A stretch of DNA of 6,199 nucleotides, taken from NCBI GenBank assembly GCA_964468425.1, contig CAYXSZ010000006.1, forward strand, positions 1 through 6,199, read 5' to 3'. The DNA comes from Candidatus Woesearchaeota archaeon. GTDB lineage: Archaea; Nanobdellota; Nanobdellia; Nanobdellales; Nanobdellaceae. The notes under the pieces were generated by a model. That model had not been told where the DNA came from. It saw nothing but the letters and a program-made list of their open reading frames with translations, and made no database searches. The position numbers were made by a program, and so were the translations under genes. This document shows positions 1-4,476 of the stretch, piece by piece. Every line of letters starts with the position of its first letter. The stretch's first letter is position 1.

Positions 1-87
1 TGCTATTCAGCTGAGAAGGTTAGGATCGGGTTTTTACAGCTTCAAAGGGTTGCGAAAGCATACTCACCTCCCTCTATTATACAATAG

Positions 88-97
88 TATTTAAAAC
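88..97 (+). promoter_or_regulatory. Putative archaeal TATA box (TATTTAAAAC) for the 118..693 CDS
   Basis: The A/T-rich TATA-like element is centred about 25 nt upstream of the ATG at 118. The same ~24-26 nt TATA-to-ATG spacing recurs at 1673 (-) and 4447 (-), which suggests leaderless mRNAs. No GGAGG-like motif lies upstream of the ATG. Confidence 0.45.
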
Positions 98-117
98 TTT
101 ATATGCATTGTAATCGG

Positions 118-693
118 ATGAATATAAATAACTCAAAGATCTTCAAAGATGGGGTATTTCAAGGGGTTGTATTTGCATTTTGTGATAGAAATAGAATTCC
201 TTATTTGATTGAATATCGGCAGTTTCCCGACTATATATACTTGATACTGACTGCCAAGCACTTTCAAGATGGAAAATATCGTGTATTTAAATCTAAGACA
301 CGGAATTTGTCAGAAATAAGCAAGGTTTTAGATGAAATATTAAATAAGGGAAACATTCCTTACGTTTTGATAGTAGCTCGGGACGAAGAGCTGATTGAAT
401 ACTGTCTAAGCGATATAGTTCCGTTCGAAAAGGAAACAAGAGGAATTTTTACTGGAACCTATCGCGACTTGAAAACTTTCTCGAGAGAAGTTTTGGAGAA
501 GTTTGCGGAGTTATATAGGAGTACAATGAATTATTATAACCAGCTGTATAATTTGTTTAAAAGGAATCCTAATCAAAGCGTTTTTGATTGTATAGCAAAC
601 TGTACGCTTATGTCTAAGGATTGTATATTGAGTGATACATTTATTGAGATTTTTAGATACAGACAAGCTGAAATCAACAATTACTTTAAGTAG
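118..693 (+). CDS. Hypothetical protein, no motif recognised (191 aa from ATG 118; the ORF track starts at ATG 103, giving 196 aa)
   Basis: This is a long open frame in an AT-rich background where stop codons are frequent. I prefer ATG 118 because of its spacing from the TATA-like element at 88-97; ATG 103 lies inside the A/T promoter block. There are no TM segments. The N-terminal half looks mixed alpha/beta and the C-terminal part helical, with a C-x3-C-x6-C cluster (FDCIANCTLMSKDC). I recognise no family. Confidence 0.6.
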   Translation: MNINNSKIFKDGVFQGVVFAFCDRNRIPYLIEYRQFPDYIYLILTAKHFQDGKYRVFKSKTRNLSEISKVLDEILNKGNIPYVLIVARDEELIEYCLSDIVPFEKETRGIFTGTYRDLKTFSREVLEKFAELYRSTMNYYNQLYNLFKRNPNQSVFDCIANCTLMSKDCILSDTFIEIFRYRQAEINNYFK

Positions 694-864
694 CTAAAAA
701 GAAACGAATTTTAACATTCGAGTAAGTGCTGTAGAAGATTTATGCTTTGTATCTAAGAAATGCTTTACTAGAGTCACATCAGTTTTTGATAGTATACATT
801 AACTTCGCGAGCGATCCACTTCCTAGAATCGTTCTTGAGGGTGTATAAAATCCTTTACTCAAAA

Positions 865-890
865 TGTCGGATAATTTAGATTATCCGACA
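865..890. terminator. Perfect 11-bp stem / 4-nt loop inverted repeat; possible bidirectional terminator, RNA 3' hairpin or protein-binding palindrome
   Basis: TGTCGGATAAT (865-875), loop TTAG (876-879), ATTATCCGACA (880-890). All 11 pairs are Watson-Crick. AAAA (861-864) lies on the left, giving TTTT directly 3' of the hairpin on the - strand. CTTT (891-894) lies on the right. The structure is certain; the function is inferred. Confidence 0.4.
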
Positions 891-1019
891 CTTTAAACCT
901 GCTTGTGATGTAATTGTAATATTCGTCAAAGAAGTGACCTTGTGCAACCTAGACTAAACCAATCACAATTTAGGATATAATTCAAATCTGGGGTAGGTGT
1001 GCGTGCGGGTTTGCTTGCT

Positions 1020-1024
1020 AAAAA
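1020..1024 (-). terminator. Oligo-T tract (T5 on the - strand) just downstream of the thioredoxin-fold CDS
   Basis: AAAAA on the + strand at 1020-1024 is TTTTT on the - strand, 11-15 nt after the stop codon at 1035-1037. Archaeal termination typically occurs at oligo-T tracts. Confidence 0.4.
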
Positions 1025-1034
1025 TAATTGTCAT

Positions 1035-1673
1035 TTAGAGATATTCTACGAAAGTTTCTATAGGAACTGCCCCTTCAATTTCGTTTTTCTCAGAATCTTT
1101 GATTATAACTGTTTTTGGGACTGCTCTGACGTTGTATCTTTCAGAAAGCTCTGGAAATTCGAGAGCGTTGATGATAAAACTCTTTAAATTTGGATTAACA
1201 TACGATGCCTTGCGTACGACGCTAGACATTTTAGGACAGAACGGGCACATCGGCGTGAAGAACACTAGAACTTGACTAGCTTTCGTTTTTGCAACCTTTT
1301 TCGCAAAATTTAAGGGAACATCGTATTTGTTGGTCGAGACGAAGATTATGTCATCTAAAAGGGTAGTAAATTCGTATCCTGCTGGAATTCCGTAGTAAAT
1401 CAGGTTAGGTTTATCCTCAAAGAGTATAATCGGTCCTTTTTTGTTATCTAAACCTTCAGGAGCGTCTAGATTACCTACCTCGCTTATATCTATGAATTTC
1501 ACGAAAATCCTGTTATCTATTCTTGAAAGCTCATTTAGGAGATCCTTTAGAATTTTGCTCTGTTCTTGGGCGTTTTTTTCATCTAAAATAGCCTTTATCC
1601 TAACAGAGCCTTCCAACTTTTCAGAAAACAGCTTTTTTATAATCTCTTTGTCATCCTCTGAAATCAGTGCCAT
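1035..1673 (-). CDS. Glutaredoxin-like / protein disulfide oxidoreductase (PDO)-family protein with two thioredoxin-fold units; only the C-terminal unit carries a CxxC
   Basis: The C-terminal unit has VFFTPMCPFCP (CPFC redox motif), followed by ...YNVRAVPKTVI (cis-Pro region). The N-terminal unit has the PDO-typical IYYGIPAGYEFTTLLDDI segment but no CxxC. The ORF track starts at TTG 1691. I prefer ATG 1673 (MALISEDDK...) because it lies ~25 nt from the TATA at 1695-1702. Confidence 0.8.
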   Translation of the reverse strand: MALISEDDKEIIKKLFSEKLEGSVRIKAILDEKNAQEQSKILKDLLNELSRIDNRIFVKFIDISEVGNLDAPEGLDNKKGPIILFEDKPNLIYYGIPAGYEFTTLLDDIIFVSTNKYDVPLNFAKKVAKTKASQVLVFFTPMCPFCPKMSSVVRKASYVNPNLKSFIINALEFPELSERYNVRAVPKTVIIKDSEKNEIEGAVPIETFVEYL

Positions 1674-1698
1674 AAAGTTTTTTGTTCGCAAACTTTAT
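1672..1698. promoter_or_regulatory. 9-bp perfect inverted repeat, ATAAAGTTT-N9-AAACTTTAT; candidate operator
   Basis: Bases 1672-1680 are the exact reverse complement of 1690-1698, with the spacer TTTGTTCGC between them. The left arm overlaps the ATG of the thioredoxin-fold gene and the right arm overlaps the shared TATA. The arms are AT-rich, so a chance match is possible. Confidence 0.3.
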
Positions 1699-1702
1699 AT
1701 AA
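1694..1702. promoter_or_regulatory. Shared bidirectional TATA box (TTTATATAA; core TTATATAA is a perfect palindrome)
   Basis: The centre (~1698) is ~25 nt from ATG 1673 on the - strand and ~30 nt from TTG 1728 on the + strand. The whole divergent spacer between the two start codons is only 54 nt, and I see no second TATA-like element in it. Confidence 0.55.
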
Positions 1703-1727
1703 GGACTCTTGAAAAATAAAAAGGGGT

Positions 1728-2006
1728 TTGAAGGTTTTTAAAGCACTTTCGAGCGAGACTCGCTACGAGATTGTAAAGTATTTATTAGATCACAAAGATT
1801 GCATAAAGCATTTGTCTGAAGAACTTGGAAAAGACTTTTTAGTTTTGTATAGGCATCTCAAAATCTTAGAAGACGCTGGAATTGTTGAGTTGAAAAAGAG
1901 ATTTGGTAAAACAATTATTTGTCTTCGTAATCGCAAGCTCGTCGAAAAGTTAATGGAGATCTCGGATCAAATCGAAAAGAACTTAAATCTCAACGCGAAA
2001 GAGTAA
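1728..2006 (+). CDS. ArsR/SmtB-family winged-helix transcriptional regulator (92 aa, TTG start)
   Basis: The N-terminus, KVFKALSSETRYEIVKYLL, matches the ArsR-family signature (FKALSDxTRxxIL..LL). It is followed by an HTH, CIKHLSEELGKDFLVLYRHLKILEDAGIVE, and a wing, KRFGKTIICL. The frame is open only from 1713, and TTG 1728 is the first start-type codon. Confidence 0.8.
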   Translation: MKVFKALSSETRYEIVKYLLDHKDCIKHLSEELGKDFLVLYRHLKILEDAGIVELKKRFGKTIICLRNRKLVEKLMEISDQIEKNLNLNAKE

Positions 2007-2012
2007 TATTTT

Positions 2013-2546
2013 ATGAAGTTTGGAAGCAGCTTCTGGATACGTCCTGGACAAGATTCAGTTGAAGTAGATATATACGCTCGAAACCTGGGATTCATAGGAA
2101 CTCCCGGAGTGTTTAGGCTTGGATCTTCTATTTGTTTTGTCGTGTCCAAAACCACTTCTCAATCGTTTTTAGATTTTATAAAAGTTGAAATTGGGCTCGG
2201 TAATGGAAATCTGGATGGGATTTTATTTGGAGGGAAAGTTACAGAGCCCCAAGTTCTTGGAGGTGTTATTAAAGACTCTTCAGATCGCAAACTCGAAGGG
2301 CTTTCTCTCAACCTACTTGCAGTCCCTGAGGTATTTGAAAGGAGAATTTCAGATGCTTATCAAACAGTCTGGTTGATAGACAACTACTCCGCAATTTTGT
2401 CGAGGGAATTAACGATTTTCTCGATAAATGAAGGGACTGTAGCATCATTTAAGGTTTATTACTCCTATCTTGTAAAGATTAGTAAAAGCTTGCTTGAGTA
2501 TATAAAATCCGAGGCAAGCGTAGAGATAATACACGAATACTGTTAG
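2013..2546 (+). CDS. Hypothetical protein (177 aa), probably co-transcribed with the ArsR-family gene
   Basis: The ATG lies 6 nt after the regulator's stop codon. This is the only long ORF across 2013-2546 on either strand. The product is predicted soluble and rich in G/S/L/V (probably beta-rich), with no signal peptide or TM segment. I recognise no family. Confidence 0.55.
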   Translation: MKFGSSFWIRPGQDSVEVDIYARNLGFIGTPGVFRLGSSICFVVSKTTSQSFLDFIKVEIGLGNGNLDGILFGGKVTEPQVLGGVIKDSSDRKLEGLSLNLLAVPEVFERRISDAYQTVWLIDNYSAILSRELTIFSINEGTVASFKVYYSYLVKISKSLLEYIKSEASVEIIHEYC

Positions 2547-2597
2547 CTCCAATGAGCGCGCTCGTTGTTTCTCGAGCTCCTATGAGATGGTTGCTCG
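2545..2597 (+). repeat. Direct repeat AGCTCC(A/T)ATGAG ... GCTCG, two copies 30 nt apart, flanking the palindrome GAGCGCGCTC
   Basis: AGCTCCAATGAG (2545-2556) and AGCTCCTATGAG (2575-2586) match at 11 of 12 positions. Each is followed within 3-6 nt by GCTCG (2560-2564 and 2593-2597). GAGCGCGCTC (2554-2563) is a perfect 10-bp palindrome. GCTCG (2560-2564) can pair with CGAGC (2573-2577). Confidence 0.5.
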
Positions 2598-2603
2598 GAC
2601 AAG

Positions 2604-2625
2604 GAATCTTTAACGAATCTTTGAC
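2604..2625 (+). repeat. Tandem 11-nt direct repeat GAATCTTT(A/G)AC x2
   Basis: GAATCTTTAAC (2604-2614) is immediately followed by GAATCTTTGAC (2615-2625), matching at 10 of 11 positions. Confidence 0.5.
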
Positions 2626-2722
2626 AAAAGTGTTGTGGTAAACGGTGTTTATTTCAGAGGCAAGAGCACACCAAACTCAGTTTAACTTTTCAAAATTTTT
2701 GACTCTGTTTAAATTTCCAGAG

Positions 2723-3664
2723 CTAGGTGCATAAACGCAATATTTCGTCTAAAGATTTGCTTATTACGCTTAAAAATTTTTCATCGTCGAATCCGTTAAA
2801 GTTATGATCGCATCCGGGAAGCAATTTAAGACTTACGTATTTCAGATTTCCTTTTAATTTTTCGTAAGCGTCTATTGTTCCTCTAACGTCACAAATTTCG
2901 TCTCTCGTCCCGTGAACAAGAATTATACAACTATTCTTTGGAATGTTTTTAAGGTATCTGGAAGTTTCAAGCACGCCTGCGATCAGAGAAATGGCAGAGC
3001 TAACTTTATACAGGGGAGACGCTAATGCGTATGTGTTGAGCCCTTCGGGGAGCTTGAGATCTATTCGATCAATGAGCTCGTCAAGTCGAACGTATTGATT
3101 CGGAAAAAGAAGCGTTTTAAACGTGTAATAGAGAAGCTTAAGATTTAAGTAAATGTCTTTTTTCCTCACCAGCCTAAAAGGAGGTGACAGTGCGATGGCA
3201 CAAACAGATTCTCGTAGCTTTGCGGCGTAGTAAAAAATTATAGAACTACCCATGCTGTGAGTTATGAATATAAGCGGTACGTTAGGATATCTCTCGCGTA
3301 AGATATATTTAGCAGCGTATATCGCTTTTACGCTAAGATTGTAGTTAAAAACTCCTTTTGGCTCGCTTCTTCCATGTCCTGGCAAATCGATTGAGTAAAG
3401 TATGACGTTATTCTTTGAAATGCTCTTCACGAAGTTGGGGAGTCTCTCTCCGCTACCCCCCACTCCATGAATATACAAGCAAACGGCTTTTGGATCTTTC
3501 AATTCACCGTACTTGTGAACATAAATTAAGTGGCTGTCTATCTTTACTACGAAGCAACATTCATCTTCTTCGACGATTTGAACTTCGTGAATGAGTTTGT
3601 CAAGAGTGTGTTTTTTGAACAGCTTCGTAAAAGACCTGCTCGGGAGTAGTTTTCTCAAGGGCAT
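2723..3664 (-). CDS. Alpha/beta-fold hydrolase (lysophospholipase / monoacylglycerol-lipase-like serine hydrolase)
   Basis: The motifs are an oxyanion-hole HG motif (LYIHGVGGSG), DLPGHGRSE, a nucleophile elbow (ITHSMGSS, a Gx-S-x-G variant), an acid residue in VHGTRDEICD, and the catalytic His in PGCDHNF. Their order and spacing fit the canonical Ser-Asp-His alpha/beta hydrolase fold. Confidence 0.85.
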   Translation of the reverse strand: MPLRKLLPSRSFTKLFKKHTLDKLIHEVQIVEEDECCFVVKIDSHLIYVHKYGELKDPKAVCLYIHGVGGSGERLPNFVKSISKNNVILYSIDLPGHGRSEPKGVFNYNLSVKAIYAAKYILRERYPNVPLIFITHSMGSSIIFYYAAKLRESVCAIALSPPFRLVRKKDIYLNLKLLYYTFKTLLFPNQYVRLDELIDRIDLKLPEGLNTYALASPLYKVSSAISLIAGVLETSRYLKNIPKNSCIILVHGTRDEICDVRGTIDAYEKLKGNLKYVSLKLLPGCDHNFNGFDDEKFLSVISKSLDEILRLCT

Positions 3665-3673
3665 CGCAGAACT

Positions 3674-4447
3674 TTATATAAAACTCATAACAATCGCTGT
3701 GATGACTAAAAGTACTATGCTGTGCGTAATTCCTGAAATACATTTTCCAGTTGAAACCTTTCCAATGACGATTCCCGTGAAGAGAGCGTTTAAGATTGCA
3801 AGAATAAACGCAACGTTCTTGAAAGCTGCAAGAATTTGCGGATTAATTTCCTTCGTGAAGAATTTATTGATAAAGAAGGTTACAAGGACGATCGTTAGAA
3901 GTAATCCGAAGAAAACTCCATAGTAAACGAACATAAAGTTCTTTAGATGCGAAATCCTTTCTCTTTTAATCTCCATCAACTCTTCAAGACTTTTTGATAA
4001 ATTTTGAAGGAGACCCTTCATATCTCCTCCATACTTTTCAGCTTCAATAATTGAAAAAATAGTCTTTTTTACTTTGTCAGATTTTACTCTGTTTGCCATA
4101 CGCTCGAAGGCTTCTACGAATGTTAATCCAAACTCCATCTCCGATATCATTTTCCGAATTTCATAATTGAGCTTTTTTCCATAGTTATTTTCCTTTACGG
4201 ATCGAAGCGCAACAGGAATTGGTTGTCCTATTTCCAAATACTGAGCCAAGTCTCTTAAGAAAATTGGGAAGTTGTATTCAAGCTCCTCTTCTTCCAGATA
4301 TTCTTTTACACGTTTAACGAAATATGGTATAAAGATTAAAACGTATACAATTACCTGTGTAAATACTGGAACGTGAAATAGATTTAGTACAATCGCAGAA
4401 AGCGCTAAAGCTATTACGAGACAAATCTCACTTATTCTGGGTTCCAT
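3674..4447 (-). CDS. Type II secretion system F-domain (TadB/TadC/FlaJ-like) polytopic membrane protein, single T2SF domain
   Basis: There are two N-terminal TM helices, then a cytoplasmic helical domain matching the T2SF pattern, then three C-terminal TM helices. The T2SF-like segments are FPIFLRDLAQYLEIGQPIPVALRSV ..., EMEFGLTFVEAFERMANRV ... and IIEAEKYGGDMKGLLQNLSKSL. Confidence 0.75.
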   Translation of the reverse strand: MEPRISEICLVIALALSAIVLNLFHVPVFTQVIVYVLIFIPYFVKRVKEYLEEEELEYNFPIFLRDLAQYLEIGQPIPVALRSVKENNYGKKLNYEIRKMISEMEFGLTFVEAFERMANRVKSDKVKKTIFSIIEAEKYGGDMKGLLQNLSKSLEELMEIKRERISHLKNFMFVYYGVFFGLLLTIVLVTFFINKFFTKEINPQILAAFKNVAFILAILNALFTGIVIGKVSTGKCISGITHSIVLLVITAIVMSFI

Positions 4448-4467
4448 TGAAAAAATTAATGGTTAGG

Positions 4468-4476
4468 CTATATAAT
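4468..4476 (-). promoter_or_regulatory. Putative TATA box (- strand AATTATATAG) for the T2SF-like gene, overlapping the PEP synthase stop codon
   Basis: The - strand reads ...AAAAAAATTATATAGCC..., and the TATA centre is ~25 nt upstream of the ATG at 4447. It overlaps the last codons and stop (ATA TAG) of the upstream gene. No SD-like motif lies in the 20-nt spacer. Confidence 0.45.

Noticed and set aside
64-72. CACCTCC on the + strand, resembling the 3' end of 16S rRNA
   Set aside because: The preceding sequence bears no resemblance to the conserved 16S 3' region (…GTCGTAACAAGGTA…GGATCACCTCC). It is more simply the complement of an SD-like motif.
903-968. A possible C/D-box sRNA: GTGATGT (904-910) with guide-length spacing, and a 7-bp long-range pairing TTGTGAT (903-909) / ATCACAA (962-968)
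   Set aside because: The C box is imperfect (it ends in T rather than A). No CTGA D or D' box exists at the required positions on either strand. The candidate C' (GTGACC) is degenerate.
999-1719. + strand ORFs 999-1187 (62 aa, GTG start) and 1441-1719 (92 aa)
   Set aside because: Both are antisense to the PDO-like CDS, which has clear thioredoxin-fold motifs. The 92-aa product is Ser/Phe/Leu-rich, like a reverse-frame artefact.
1967-2376. The - strand 62-aa ORF (1967-2155) and the + strand 63-aa ORF (2185-2376)
   Set aside because: They overlap the ArsR-family CDS and/or the longer 177-aa ORF in other frames. They are shorter and lack start-site context.
2552-2641. A 29-codon + strand ORF (MSALVVSRAPMRWLLGQGIFNESLTKVLW) in the convergent spacer
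   Set aside because: It is too short, has no promoter or SD context, and has no recognisable features. I noted it only because it spans the direct repeats. It is not reported as a CDS.
3670-3683. A TATA-like TTTATATAAA as the dedicated promoter of the alpha/beta hydrolase gene
   Set aside because: It is only 12-16 nt from the ATG at 3664, against ~25 nt at the other genes. No downstream in-frame ATG exists to rescue the spacing. It also simply encodes the last codons and stop (TTT ATA TAA) of the T2SF gene. Co-transcription is the simpler explanation.
3591-3923. A + strand 110-aa ORF spanning the hydrolase/T2SF junction
   Set aside because: It is antisense to two well-supported - strand CDSs and has no recognisable motif, so it is most likely a shadow ORF.
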